DNA of 64,000 bases, from contig JAVRCJ020000022.1 in assembly GCA_034530875.2 (NCBI GenBank), positions 32,001-96,000 on the forward strand, given 5' to 3'. Each line of letters starts with the position of its first letter. Within the stretch, counting starts at the first letter, position 1. A program made the translations under genes and the position numbers. Under the pieces are notes generated by a model. The model was not told where the DNA came from. It did not search any database and saw nothing but the letters and a program-made list of their open reading frames with translations. The stretch comes from Nostoc sp. DedSLP01 (GTDB lineage: Bacteria > Cyanobacteriota > Cyanobacteriia > Cyanobacteriales > Nostocaceae). This document shows, one piece after another, positions 53,468 to 63,487 of this stretch.

Positions 53468-53608
53468 TATATCATCTAACAGACCTACACACCTGCTAAT
53501 TCTTTAATCGCACTCATCAACACATCTGGCTTCTGTATTATTGCTCTGGTTTCGAGTTGTGCAATTTCAAATAGCGTGCATTCACGATAATTACGAGGAA
53601 AGGATTTC

Positions 53609-54280
53609 ATGAGCAACGTACAACTTTACTTCGCCAAAGGTTCTACCTTCTCACAACGCACTCGTGTAGTCTTACTAGAAAAAGGTATTGACTTCACCCC
53701 GATAGAAATTGACTTACAGAATCTACCAGATGGGTACAGGCAGATTTCACGGTATGGAAAGGTTCCAGCTATCAAACATGGAGATGTTCAACTTTACGAA
53801 TCTGCCATTATCAATGAATATCTAGATGAGGTTTTTCCAGAACCATCATTGTTACCCCACGATCCTGCAAGCAAAGCGATCGCTCGTATCTGGATAGACT
53901 ACGCCAATACTCGGTTTGTCCCGGCTTTTAACAAATTCCTCCGTGGTAAAGATAGCCAAGAACACGAACAGGGTAAAAAAGAGTTTACAGAAGCACTTTT
54001 ATATCTCGAACAAGAAGGATTCGGCAAAAGTGATTACTTGTTAGGAGATAGTTTTAGTCTAGTTGATATCAGCTTTTATCCTTGGTTTGAACGTTTACCA
54101 CTATTAGAACACTTCCGTAAGTTCGCGCTACCAGCAGAAACACCTCGTTTGCAGACATGGTGGAATCTGGTGCGCGATCGCTCCTCAGTTCAACAAGTAG
54201 CAAATCCTGTGGACTTCTATTTAGAAAGATTCGCTAAAATCCTTGGCGAACCGATTGCTATTGGTGCAGGGCAAAAGTAG
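53609..54280 (+). CDS. Glutathione S-transferase (Ser-type paralogue of 42821-43486)
   Basis: [53 protein letters not shown]. Confidence 0.92.
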   Translation: MSNVQLYFAKGSTFSQRTRVVLLEKGIDFTPIEIDLQNLPDGYRQISRYGKVPAIKHGDVQLYESAIINEYLDEVFPEPSLLPHDPASKAIARIWIDYANTRFVPAFNKFLRGKDSQEHEQGKKEFTEALLYLEQEGFGKSDYLLGDSFSLVDISFYPWFERLPLLEHFRKFALPAETPRLQTWWNLVRDRSSVQQVANPVDFYLERFAKILGEPIAIGAGQK

Positions 54281-54305
54281 GGATTGGAAAATTCATCATC
54301 TCATT

Positions 54306-54440
54306 CAATACGGTTCGGTTAACGCGTTTATTCCTCAAAGATCCCCCCAACCCCCCTTAAAAAGGGGGGCTTACAACCCTCTTTTACCCCCTTTTTAAGG
54401 GGGTCGCCGTAGGCGGGGGGATCTTAACCGAAGCGTATTG
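54306..54440. mobile_element. MITE with CAATACGGTTCGGTTAA TIRs and a perfect 10-bp TSD
   Basis: TCATCTCATT|CAATACGGTTCGGTTAA...TTAACCGAAGCGTATTG|TCATCTCATT; internal CCCCCCTTAAAAAGGGGGG hairpins. Confidence 0.9.
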
Positions 54441-54477
54441 TCATCTCATTGACAATAATTTAGGAGAAATAAATATC

Positions 54478-55392
54478 GTGACTTCCCAATACTTTGATAT
54501 CAAACCAATTGCCGGACGTATCGGTGCAAAAATCATTGGTGTTGACCTCAGCAAGAATCTTAGCGATGAAATTATCAGCGATATCCGTAAAGCTCTAGTT
54601 CAATACAAAGTTATCTTCTTCCGCGAACAGAACCTTGACGATAAAGCACAAGTAGCCTTCGCCCGTCGCTTCGGAGAAGTCACTACAGCTCATCCTACCG
54701 TCCCTTCATTGCCAGAAAACCCAGCAGTTCTTGACCTGAATTACGGTAAAACTGTCAGTCGTGCCAATAACTGGCACACCGATGTCACATTTGTAGACCG
54801 TCCTCCTCTTGGTTCTGTTTTACGGGCGCTGGTTATCCCGCCATCAGGAGGCGATACCGTTTGGGCAAACTCGGTGACTGCATACGAAGATTTACCAACT
54901 CATCTGCGTAATCTTGCTAACGAACTTTGGGCAATACACAGCAACGCCTACGATTATGCAGCAGCAGCGGTTGATTTACCAAAACAAGTTTTAGAGTATC
55001 GAGCTGTTTTCACCTCAACTGTATACGAAACTCTGCATCCAGTTGTTCGCGTCCATCCTGAATCGGGCGAACGTGGTTTATTTATTGGTGGTTTCGTGCG
55101 TCGTTTGCGTGGTTTATCACAAAATGAATCTGATGAAATCTTGAAATTGTTGCAAGCTTACATCACACGCCCAGAAAATACCGTCCGGTGGCGTTGGAAA
55201 GTTGGCGATGTAGCTTTCTGGGATAATCGCGCTACTCAACATTATGCGATCGCTGACTACGGCAATCAACCTCGTCACGTCCAGCGAGTCACCATTGTTG
55301 GCGACATTCCCGTTGGTATTGATGGTAAACAAAGTCAAGCCATCAAGGGAGATTCCTCTGCATATAACCGACGCGAACCCGCTTTAGTATAG
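54478..55392 (+). CDS. TauD/TfdA family 2OG dioxygenase, AtsK (alkylsulfatase)-like
   Basis: RANNWHTDVTF, GGDTVWAN, LWAIHSNAYDY, HPVVRVHPESGE, WDNRATQHYA; GTG start with AGGAG RBS. Confidence 0.9.
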   Translation: MTSQYFDIKPIAGRIGAKIIGVDLSKNLSDEIISDIRKALVQYKVIFFREQNLDDKAQVAFARRFGEVTTAHPTVPSLPENPAVLDLNYGKTVSRANNWHTDVTFVDRPPLGSVLRALVIPPSGGDTVWANSVTAYEDLPTHLRNLANELWAIHSNAYDYAAAAVDLPKQVLEYRAVFTSTVYETLHPVVRVHPESGERGLFIGGFVRRLRGLSQNESDEILKLLQAYITRPENTVRWRWKVGDVAFWDNRATQHYAIADYGNQPRHVQRVTIVGDIPVGIDGKQSQAIKGDSSAYNRREPALV

Positions 55393-55542
55393 AACAGATT
55401 AAAAAAGGTTTTTACCTTTATACTTCGTAAGAAACAAGATCCCCGATTTATTTGAAAATCGGGGATCTAAACATCGTGAATTCTCACAAATTTCTGTTAG
55501 AGTTTGTCTGCCCTCACAATTACGAATTACGAATTATAAATT

Positions 55543-56250
55543 ATGTCTCTCAGCACTATATTGTTTGATTTAGATGGAACTTTGACAGATCCCAAACTTG
55601 GCATTACTCGCTGCATTCAGTTTGCTTTATCTGAACTTGGTTACAAGCCACCTGATGCTGATGAATTACACTGGTGTATTGGCCCTCCAATCAAAGAAAG
55701 CTTTTCGCTGCTATTAAATACTTCAGATGATGCAGTTTTAGAACAGGCTATTTCACTCTATCGTAGTCGCTTTGCCACAGTTGGATTATTTGAAAATGTA
55801 CTTTATCCTCAAATTTTAGAAACTTTAGATGCTATTTGTTTTGCTGGTTATAAAACCTTTATAGCAACTTCTAAACCGCATATTTATGCTAAACAAATTG
55901 CTAAACATTTTGGCTTGTCGTCGCTTTTCGATGGTATATATGGTAGCGAATTTGACGGAACGCGGAGTGTGAAATCTGACTTAATTCATCACATCTTGCT
56001 AACAGAAAATCTTTCACCTGCGACTGTGGTGATGATAGGCGATCGCTACCACGATATAATCGGAGCCAAAAATAATAATGTGACTGCAATTGGTGTCACC
56101 TACGGTTACGGAACTGAGGAAGAGTTAAAGACTCACGGTGCTGATTTTATTGTTCATAGTCCAGATGAAATTATCAAATTGCTGGTTCATGGCAATGAAC
56201 TAAGCCTAGAGACTGATGTGACATTGCCAGGGATTTGTTCCTTCATTTAA
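55543..56250 (+). CDS. HAD-family hydrolase (5'-nucleotidase/PGP-like)
   Basis: LFDLDGTLTD, ATSKP, MIGDRYHDIIGA, GVTYGYG. Confidence 0.92.
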   Translation: MSLSTILFDLDGTLTDPKLGITRCIQFALSELGYKPPDADELHWCIGPPIKESFSLLLNTSDDAVLEQAISLYRSRFATVGLFENVLYPQILETLDAICFAGYKTFIATSKPHIYAKQIAKHFGLSSLFDGIYGSEFDGTRSVKSDLIHHILLTENLSPATVVMIGDRYHDIIGAKNNNVTAIGVTYGYGTEEELKTHGADFIVHSPDEIIKLLVHGNELSLETDVTLPGICSFI

Positions 56251-57575
56251 CTGGGAACTTGTAACAGCCATCCCAAAAGACTTTGTAATAGCAGCCAACC
56301 ATTTAAACCAACGATAACAAGAGCAACTAACCAAGCTAAAGACTTGAGCCATAACGGATTAACAAACTCACCCATCAAGCGACGATTACTAGTAAACATC
56401 ACTAAGGGAATCACTGCAAACGGTAACTGCAAACTGAGGATAACTTGACTCAAAACGATGAGGCTGCTTGTACTACGTTCCCCAAAGATAATAATTGTAA
56501 TCAACGCTGGAATGATAGCCAAAAGACGGGTAGCTAAACGCCGCAACCAAGAGGGAAAGCGAAATTGCAAAAAGCCTTCCATCACAATTTGTCCAGCTAA
56601 GGTTGCAGTCAGTGTTGAACTTTGGCCGGAAGCAAGTAAGGCGATACCAAAAATAGCACTGGCAGCACTAACGCCTAACAATGGTGAAAGCAGTTTGTAA
56701 GCATCTTGAATTTCTGCCACATTCTGATTGCCAGAAAAATGAAACGTTGCGGCAGAAACAATTAAAATGGCTGAGTTGATAAATAGTGCCAACGACAGAG
56801 CAAAGGTTGAATCAATTGTGCCAAACTTAATTGCTTCCCATCTTTTTTCATTAGTAGGTTGCCAATCACGGGTTTGCACAATAGAGGAGTGTAAATATAA
56901 GTTGTGAGGCATGACTGTTGCGCCTAAAATGCCAATGGCAATGTAGAGCATTTCTGGATTTTGTAAAATTTCTTTCTTGGGCAGATATCCTAACAAAATC
57001 CCACCCATATCAGGACGAGAGAACACTATTTCTGCTGTGAAACATAAGCCGATAGTTGCTACCAACATTATTACCAGAGCTTCTGTATAGCGAAAGCCTT
57101 TTTGCTGCAAGAATAGCAATACCAAAACATCCAGCGCGGTGATGCAAACACCCCATACTAAGGGAATGCCGAATAAAAGTTGCAATGCGATCGCACTTCC
57201 TAATAATTCTGCCAAGTCACAAGCTGCGATCGCAATCTCACACAGTACCCACAAACAAAAACTTACCTTTGGACTAAAATAGTCTCGACAAGCCTGTGCC
57301 AAATCTCGCCCTGTAGCAACACCCAAACGCACGCATAGCGATTGCAGCAAGATTGCCATGAGGTTCGACAGCAGAATAACTGTTAATAGGGTGTAGCCAA
57401 ACTTAGCTCCCCCAGCGATGTCTGTAGCCCAGTTTCCAGGATCCATATATCCCACTGAAACCAGATATCCCGGCCCTCCATAAGCCAGCATTTTGCGCCA
57501 AAAGCTCTTGGTGTTGGGGACTCTGATGCTGCGATGAACCTCTGGTAAGCTGGGTTTATTGTTTGGGATAGTCAT
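56247..57575 (-). CDS. mntH: Nramp family Mn2+ transporter
   Basis: GYMDPGNW, GATVMPHNLYLHS, GQSSTLTATLAGQIVMEGF. Confidence 0.96.
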   Translation of the reverse strand: MTIPNNKPSLPEVHRSIRVPNTKSFWRKMLAYGGPGYLVSVGYMDPGNWATDIAGGAKFGYTLLTVILLSNLMAILLQSLCVRLGVATGRDLAQACRDYFSPKVSFCLWVLCEIAIAACDLAELLGSAIALQLLFGIPLVWGVCITALDVLVLLFLQQKGFRYTEALVIMLVATIGLCFTAEIVFSRPDMGGILLGYLPKKEILQNPEMLYIAIGILGATVMPHNLYLHSSIVQTRDWQPTNEKRWEAIKFGTIDSTFALSLALFINSAILIVSAATFHFSGNQNVAEIQDAYKLLSPLLGVSAASAIFGIALLASGQSSTLTATLAGQIVMEGFLQFRFPSWLRRLATRLLAIIPALITIIIFGERSTSSLIVLSQVILSLQLPFAVIPLVMFTSNRRLMGEFVNPLWLKSLAWLVALVIVGLNGWLLLQSLLGWLLQVPS

Positions 57576-57589
57576 CTATTCTGCCGAAA

Positions 57590-57608
57590 TTTTCATAATC
57601 TTCTCATA
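57590..57608 (-). promoter_or_regulatory. ManR-type direct-repeat box upstream of mntH
   Basis: Minus strand TATGAGAA-GAT-TATGAAAA, matching the ATGA(G/A)AA-N3 direct repeat known from cyanobacterial mntH/mntCAB promoters. Confidence 0.7.
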
Positions 57609-57812
57609 ATTTCTAAAAATTTGGCATAAATATCAATATCCTTAATATAGATATTCATATATGCATATAGGCATAAAAAAGAATGCGATCGCTCTAGTAG
57701 TCTGGCAACCCAAAAATGTTAGATAGAGGTTGGGTAAAGGTTAAAGGGGGAAAGGTGGAAAGGTTTAGTATTTTCCTTTCCCCACCTGTTGCAAAAGTGT
57801 TTTTTGTCTCTT

Positions 57813-57904
57813 ACTCCATGACTTGCGCTCACAAGGAACAATGAAAATTTTTTTCCCTATTCCCCACTCCCCATTCCCTACTCCCTATTTTCAAGGCAGT
57901 CTTA
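57813..57904 (-). repeat. Inverted copy of the dispersed repeat at 21260-21352
   Basis: The reverse complement aligns with 21260-21352 over about 90 bp with few mismatches. Confidence 0.8.
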
Positions 57905-57971
57905 TTTACTTAGCACCACGCTGTAATAGTAGCCCATACTAAAAGTTGTAACTCAATTCAGGTTTTACAAA

Positions 57972-58919
57972 ATGAGTCAAATTCGTGCTGTTGTTGTAGA
58001 TCCTAATGTATCAGGACGTTTAGCATTGCATGATGTCGATGCACCTCAACCGGCTCCTAGCGAAGCTGTGATTCGGGTATCAGCAATTTCTCTGAATCGA
58101 GGAGAAGTCAGACGTTCTACCACGGCCGACGCTGGTTGGCGACCAGGTTGGGATTTAACAGGTGTTGTAGAAACTGCTGCTGCTGATGGTTCTGGCCCTG
58201 CTGTCGGTACGCAAGTCGTCGGTTTAGTTCGTTCTGGTGCGTGGGCGGAATTAGTACCAGTACCAACTCACTCACTAGCTGAATTGCCCTCGTCAGTTTC
58301 TTTTGCTCAAGCTGCTACGTTACCCGTAGCAGGTTTAACTGCCTATCATGCCCTACTCAAAGGTGGCTCACTTTTAGGCCGTTCGATATTAATTACAGGT
58401 GCATCCGGTGGTGTGGGTCACTTCGCCATTCAATTAGCACAACTTAGTGGGGCGCAGATAACAGCCCACATTCGCCGTCCAGAAAACGAAAGTTTTGTTA
58501 AAGAAGCTGGCGCTCATTTTGTAGTCATTGGTGAGGATCTTTCGCCAGCTAAAGAATACGGCCCCTATCATTTAATTGTCGAATCAGTTGGTGGAAACAC
58601 TCTTGGAACAGCCTTTAATTTGTTGGCAGAAGATGGAACTATAGTTCTGTTTGGTACTTCCAGTGGAAATGAGGTAACATTCAACGCACAGCCCTTCTAC
58701 GCAGTTGGTGGTGCAAGTTTGTATGGTCTGATATTGTTCCACGAACTAAGACGAGAATCAGCAGCAGTAGGCTTAAAAAGGCTATTAAGTTTAGTAGAAG
58801 CAGGTCAATTGCGTCCTGTTATTGATATTGAAGCTGATTGGACACAAATAGCTGATGTCGCACAGAAGTTGTTAAATAGAAGCTACCTTGGTAAAGCAGT
58901 GTTACACCTCTCCAAATAG
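57972..58919 (+). CDS. Zinc-independent MDR / quinone oxidoreductase-like protein
   Basis: ISLNRGE, PGWDLTGVV, AATLPVAGLTAY, ITGASGGVG, GKAVL; no Cys ligands. Confidence 0.88.
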   Translation: MSQIRAVVVDPNVSGRLALHDVDAPQPAPSEAVIRVSAISLNRGEVRRSTTADAGWRPGWDLTGVVETAAADGSGPAVGTQVVGLVRSGAWAELVPVPTHSLAELPSSVSFAQAATLPVAGLTAYHALLKGGSLLGRSILITGASGGVGHFAIQLAQLSGAQITAHIRRPENESFVKEAGAHFVVIGEDLSPAKEYGPYHLIVESVGGNTLGTAFNLLAEDGTIVLFGTSSGNEVTFNAQPFYAVGGASLYGLILFHELRRESAAVGLKRLLSLVEAGQLRPVIDIEADWTQIADVAQKLLNRSYLGKAVLHLSK

Positions 58920-59413
58920 CTGATTTCTCGAATTTTTTGTCAATTGATTTACATTTTGCACTAGGCAATTTTCGCGCTTAGTGCTTTTAAATTTTTATTT
59001 CATAAATTAGTTTTATCGTTTTAAAAATCAAGAGTATTTGCTTTGATACGAAACAAACAATAATATTAAATTTAGAAGCTAATAAGCTTAACTGTTGAAG
59101 GGAAAAATACATCTTTAATGAATAGCGATCGCTTAAATTATTTTCTCAAATAATTGTATTGAAGTATTGCAAAGAAAGATTATAAATTAGGGAATTGATA
59201 CGTTAATTATTGTAATATTTATGAGTTACCCAAAGACATTTGATAGCAATATTACAGCTTTACAGTTGAGATGAATAGCTAGGAAAAAATCATCACTTTT
59301 ATTTATGCTCATACTAAATAATAGTATTTGATTTTCGACATTGATTGGTATTAAGGTAAAACCAAAGTTAATTGAAAGCAAAAAACAATACCGAATTCCA
59401 GAGGAATCAAGTT

Positions 59414-60058
59414 ATGAAAAAACCAAACTCAAAAAAAGTAGCTTCTTGGCTTTTAAGCATTGTATTTTTGGGATTTTTGACAGTATTTTCTCTTTTCGAG
59501 CAGCCTTATGCTTTAGCTCAAACAGAGACACCACCCGCACCAACAGAATCTACACCGGCTCCGATAGTAGCTCCTGCTCCTGTGATACCTCCAACACCAT
59601 GGCCAGTAAATAGCGTAGCTGCAAATGTTCAACGCCTATTAACAACCAATGAATGCGTTGGATGCTACTTAGTTGAAGCACAATTGGAAAGAGCAAATCT
59701 ACAAGGAGCTAATTTAGCGGGTGCAAACCTGCTAAAAGCAGAGTTAGAACACGCGAATCTACAAGGAACCAACCTTTCATCAGCTAATTTACAAGCAGTA
59801 GATTTAAGCAAAGCAAATATAGCTGGAGCAAATCTGCAAGGGGCAAATTTATATGATGCAGATTTAGAAGCAGCAAACCTGCTAGGCGCTGATTTGCAAG
59901 GAGCAAATTTACAAAAAGCGGATTTACAGAAAACAAATCTGATGAGTGCCAACATCCAAGGTGCAAACTTGCTAGGGGCTGATTTGGAAGATGCAGTACT
60001 ACCGCAAGCAATGATGAATCTATATCAATCTCAATATCCATATCAACCATATCAATAA
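59414..60058 (+). CDS. Exported pentapeptide-repeat protein
   Basis: Signal peptide, Pro-rich linker, LLTTNECVGC, A(N/D)LxG repeats; GAGG RBS before ATG 59414. Confidence 0.9.
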   Translation: MKKPNSKKVASWLLSIVFLGFLTVFSLFEQPYALAQTETPPAPTESTPAPIVAPAPVIPPTPWPVNSVAANVQRLLTTNECVGCYLVEAQLERANLQGANLAGANLLKAELEHANLQGTNLSSANLQAVDLSKANIAGANLQGANLYDADLEAANLLGADLQGANLQKADLQKTNLMSANIQGANLLGADLEDAVLPQAMMNLYQSQYPYQPYQ

Positions 60059-60129
60059 TTCCAAGCATGAAGCTATGTGAATAGATATGTCAGCTAGGGA
60101 GCAATCCCTAGCTTATTTTTATTAAACTT

Positions 60130-61134
60130 TTAAAGATTAAAAGTAAAATTTAGGGCAGCAGCAATTTTTACAAAAACTTCTCTTGCTGGTGAAGCGTATT
60201 CACTAATAGCAATAGGATTTCCACTATCTCCACCGCTACAAATATGAGGATCTATAGGAATTTGTCCCAACAAAGGCGCTTGTAATTCTTTAGCTAATTG
60301 TTCGCCGCCACCACTGCCAAAAATCGGGTTACGCGAACCACAATCACCGCAGATTAAGTAACTCATATTTTCAACAATACCAAGGACAGGAACGCCTACT
60401 TGGCGAAACATATAAATATTACGTCGGACATCTGCGACAGCTACTTGTTGAGGAGTTGTTACCAGAATTACTCCACAAATTGGGCTTTCTTGGATAATTG
60501 TAATTTGAGCATCACCTGTACCAGGAGGTAAATCTATTAATAAATAATCTAATTCTCCCCATGCCACATCTTGTAAAAATTGCGTGATAATTTTATGTAA
60601 AACAGGGCCTCGCCATGCCAAAGGACGATTTGCTTCGGCAAGTAAACCAACTGACATCAGTTTTATTCCCTGGACTTCTAGAGGTAAAAATTTATCCCCT
60701 GTCGGAGTATTAATAACTTCAATATCAGCTTGTCCCAAACCTAGCATTTGCGGAAGATTAGGCCCATAAACATCAGCATCTAATAATCCAACTTTTGCAC
60801 CTTGTAGTTTTAAAGCCACGGCTATATTTACGGCTGTTGTTGATTTACCTACGCCACCTTTACCGCTAGAAATTGCTAGTGTTATTTTCACACCAGGAAT
60901 TGTACAAATTTGAATATAAGTTTTTTTGCACCAAGTTAGAGATGATAATTTAGATTGAATTTCTGGCTGTAATTGCTCCTGATGAGAACCAATATATAAA
61001 CGCAAGTAAACATAGTCATCAACTATACGGAGATTTCGCACCATTCCTAAACTAACGATGTCATTCTTTAAGGTAGGTTCGATAATTTGTTTGAGTAATT
61101 GAACGACTTCTTGCTGACGAGAATCTGATTGCAC
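60130..61134 (-). CDS. Mrp/NBP35 (ApbC) Fe-S cluster carrier ATPase
   Basis: SGKGGVGKST, DADVYGP, WRGP, DLPPGTGD, GIVENMS..CGDC. Confidence 0.93.
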   Translation of the reverse strand: MQSDSRQQEVVQLLKQIIEPTLKNDIVSLGMVRNLRIVDDYVYLRLYIGSHQEQLQPEIQSKLSSLTWCKKTYIQICTIPGVKITLAISSGKGGVGKSTTAVNIAVALKLQGAKVGLLDADVYGPNLPQMLGLGQADIEVINTPTGDKFLPLEVQGIKLMSVGLLAEANRPLAWRGPVLHKIITQFLQDVAWGELDYLLIDLPPGTGDAQITIIQESPICGVILVTTPQQVAVADVRRNIYMFRQVGVPVLGIVENMSYLICGDCGSRNPIFGSGGGEQLAKELQAPLLGQIPIDPHICSGGDSGNPIAISEYASPAREVFVKIAAALNFTFNL

Positions 61135-61189
61135 GTTGTTTATAGCTCTTGTTTAAATATTCTTTAAAATCTGTTTTATCTAAAGTTAT

Positions 61190-62167
61190 TTACTGCTTTT
61201 TTGACACTATTTTATCTGTTTTAATCTTGTGAATTGCTCGTTGTGCTTGAATAGCAACCTCCCTATCAGGGTCATCTAAAGCTTGTTGCAGAGGATTAAT
61301 AACATCAGGATGTGCTAAATTACCAAGGGCAATTACTGTTTCTTTACGAACATCTGCATATTCATCTGTTAATGCTTGAATTAATTTCGGCATCACTTGT
61401 ATATCTGGAATTTTTTGCAAAGCTTGTGCTACTGATTTTCGTACTTGCCAATGTTCGTCATTTATAGCTATTTCTAATACTGAAATTGCTTGATGATTTT
61501 CATGAATAGCCAGAGATTTGGCAGCATTACGACGCACTTGCCAGTCAGTATCGTTTGTGAGTGCTTGAGAAAGTATGCCAATCACTTCTGTATCTTGTAA
61601 ATGTCCTAAAGTTAAAGCAGTAGCACGACGCACGGCTGCTGATTCATCAAAGATTAAATTCAAAGCTTGGGGACATTTTTCTATTTGATTTATATATCGA
61701 ATTGTAATCACTGCTGCTTCTCTTAATTCAGCCTTATCTGAGTCTAAAAATGGTAGAATATATGGTAAAGATTGAATGTCATGTATTTTTCGTAGCAATA
61801 CTAAGATATTTAATTGTGTATTGAAATTATTAGTTTGCAATTTATCTAATAGCAGTAGCAAATGGTCTTGGCTAACCAACTCATTTAAAGCAGAAGCAGC
61901 TTCAGCACGAATATCTGTATCTGGCGAACTAAAGCATTCAATTAAAGCAGGAATTGCTACAGGATCGGCAATTTCCCAAAGAGCAGATATCGCTATTTTC
62001 TGAACAGCAGTGTGTTCATCTTTTAAAGCAATAATTAATGCGTCTACTGTTTCATCATCGCCAAGATGCTGTAAGGTTTTAACTGCTACTAAACGGTCAT
62101 TTACATCAGGCGATCGCAGCATTTCTAGCCATTGATTTAATTCTGAATTAGTACTATTTATAGACAT
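61190..62167 (-). CDS. HEAT-repeat (PBS lyase-like) protein
   Basis: Repeated L.D....VR..A..AL motifs. Confidence 0.9.
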   Translation of the reverse strand: MSINSTNSELNQWLEMLRSPDVNDRLVAVKTLQHLGDDETVDALIIALKDEHTAVQKIAISALWEIADPVAIPALIECFSSPDTDIRAEAASALNELVSQDHLLLLLDKLQTNNFNTQLNILVLLRKIHDIQSLPYILPFLDSDKAELREAAVITIRYINQIEKCPQALNLIFDESAAVRRATALTLGHLQDTEVIGILSQALTNDTDWQVRRNAAKSLAIHENHQAISVLEIAINDEHWQVRKSVAQALQKIPDIQVMPKLIQALTDEYADVRKETVIALGNLAHPDVINPLQQALDDPDREVAIQAQRAIHKIKTDKIVSKKQ

Positions 62168-62244
62168 TTTTAATGCTATTGGTAGAAGAAATTGGAAGCA
62201 AGCTAAAGAATTTTTGTTACAAGCTAGTTAGTCAGCTTATACAA

Positions 62245-62472
62245 CTACCGCAACAAAAAAGGAATTTGTACCGTAATTGCATTGGTAGGACATTCTTTTT
62301 CACAAGGCAAGCAAAACCAACACTCATCATATTTCATATACGCTTTCCCTGTTTCTGGATTTTTTGCCAACACATCTAACGGACAAACTTCAATACAAGC
62401 AGTGCATTTTTCTAAACATTTAGATTCATCAACTATGACAGGAACATCTATTCTTTGATTGATTAAAGCCAT
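62245..62472 (-). CDS. 2x[4Fe-4S] ferredoxin (AprB/AsfB-like)
   Basis: CLEKCTACIEVCP and CWFCLPCEKECP. Confidence 0.93.
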   Translation of the reverse strand: MALINQRIDVPVIVDESKCLEKCTACIEVCPLDVLAKNPETGKAYMKYDECWFCLPCEKECPTNAITVQIPFLLR

Positions 62473-62491
62473 AAAAATACTCCAATTGTAA

Positions 62492-63001
62492 CTAAGCTGT
62501 TAAGCGGTATAATAAATGCGGTAAATTTGCGTGGATAATATCACGCTGGTATTTAAATCCCAACTTTTCCATAACCCTTTGCGAAGCTTGGTTTGTTGTG
62601 AGAGTAAAGCAAATGACTTCTGATATATTTAGTAACTCAAAACCAACTTGGAGAATTTTTTCGCCCATTTCTGTAGCTAATCCTTGACCCCAAAATTTAG
62701 CTATTAAAGCATAAGCTAATTCCACCTCTTCTTTCCCATCTACATAAGTGTTCCGAAGACCAGCACGACCAACAAACTGACGATTACTTTTATCTCGAAA
62801 TACCCATAAACCAAAGCCATACTGCTGCCAATGATGCAAATTATTGAAAATAAATAGTCGTGTTGCTTCATCAGAACGAATACCGCCTAAAGTAGCCATA
62901 ACTTCTCTATTTTGGTGCATACGGTAAAGTTCATTCAAATGTTGAAAACGCAGACGTTCAGCAAACAAGCGGGGTGTAGAAAAGGTTTCGATTAACTCCA
63001 T
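62492..63001 (-). CDS. GNAT acetyltransferase (RimJ/RimL type)
   Basis: TPRL, GFGLW, FWGQGLATE, NQASQRVMEKLGF. Confidence 0.9.
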   Translation of the reverse strand: MELIETFSTPRLFAERLRFQHLNELYRMHQNREVMATLGGIRSDEATRLFIFNNLHHWQQYGFGLWVFRDKSNRQFVGRAGLRNTYVDGKEEVELAYALIAKFWGQGLATEMGEKILQVGFELLNISEVICFTLTTNQASQRVMEKLGFKYQRDIIHANLPHLLYRLTA

Positions 63002-63008
63002 ATTTTTA

Positions 63009-63470
63009 CTAAACTAATTGTTTATAAAAAGCTAAAGACTGTTTAATGTTGGTATAGCCAATTTTTTCATAAAATAAATGTGCCTCCTTCCGTCTAAGGC
63101 TAGAACGTAACATCACACCTTCACATCCAGCCAGAGAAGCCCATTCTTCAATCTGCTGCATTAAAATACGTCCAATTCCACTACAACGATAATTTTTATC
63201 GACAACTAACCCCAAAAGAATTGCTTGAGTTGGAACAATAAATAAATCGCTAATATGAGCGTGCGCCCAACCAATTACATATTCATTCGCTAAAGTTGCA
63301 ACATAAACAATATGACTATTGTCATGATGAATTTTAGTAAGTCGTTCTTCTATTTGTTGGTTTGTAACATCGTATTCAAGCTGTTCAGAAAGATTAGCAA
63401 TTCTTTCTGTATCTCTTAGTTCAGCTTCTCTAATTTTAATTTGCTCGACTACAGCAACTTTATCTGTCAT
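63009..63470 (-). CDS. GNAT acetyltransferase
   Basis: LVVDKNYRCSGIGRILM, AHLFYEKIGY. Confidence 0.9.
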   Translation of the reverse strand: MTDKVAVVEQIKIREAELRDTERIANLSEQLEYDVTNQQIEERLTKIHHDNSHIVYVATLANEYVIGWAHAHISDLFIVPTQAILLGLVVDKNYRCSGIGRILMQQIEEWASLAGCEGVMLRSSLRRKEAHLFYEKIGYTNIKQSLAFYKQLV

Positions 63471-63487
63471 AACTTTAAATTAATAGT

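Noticed and set aside
57906..57932. Operator upstream of the MDR reductase (TTAC-N19-GTAG)
   Set aside because: Spacing is off by one and the core does not match; too weak to call, although the adjacent repeat insertion may have disturbed the region.
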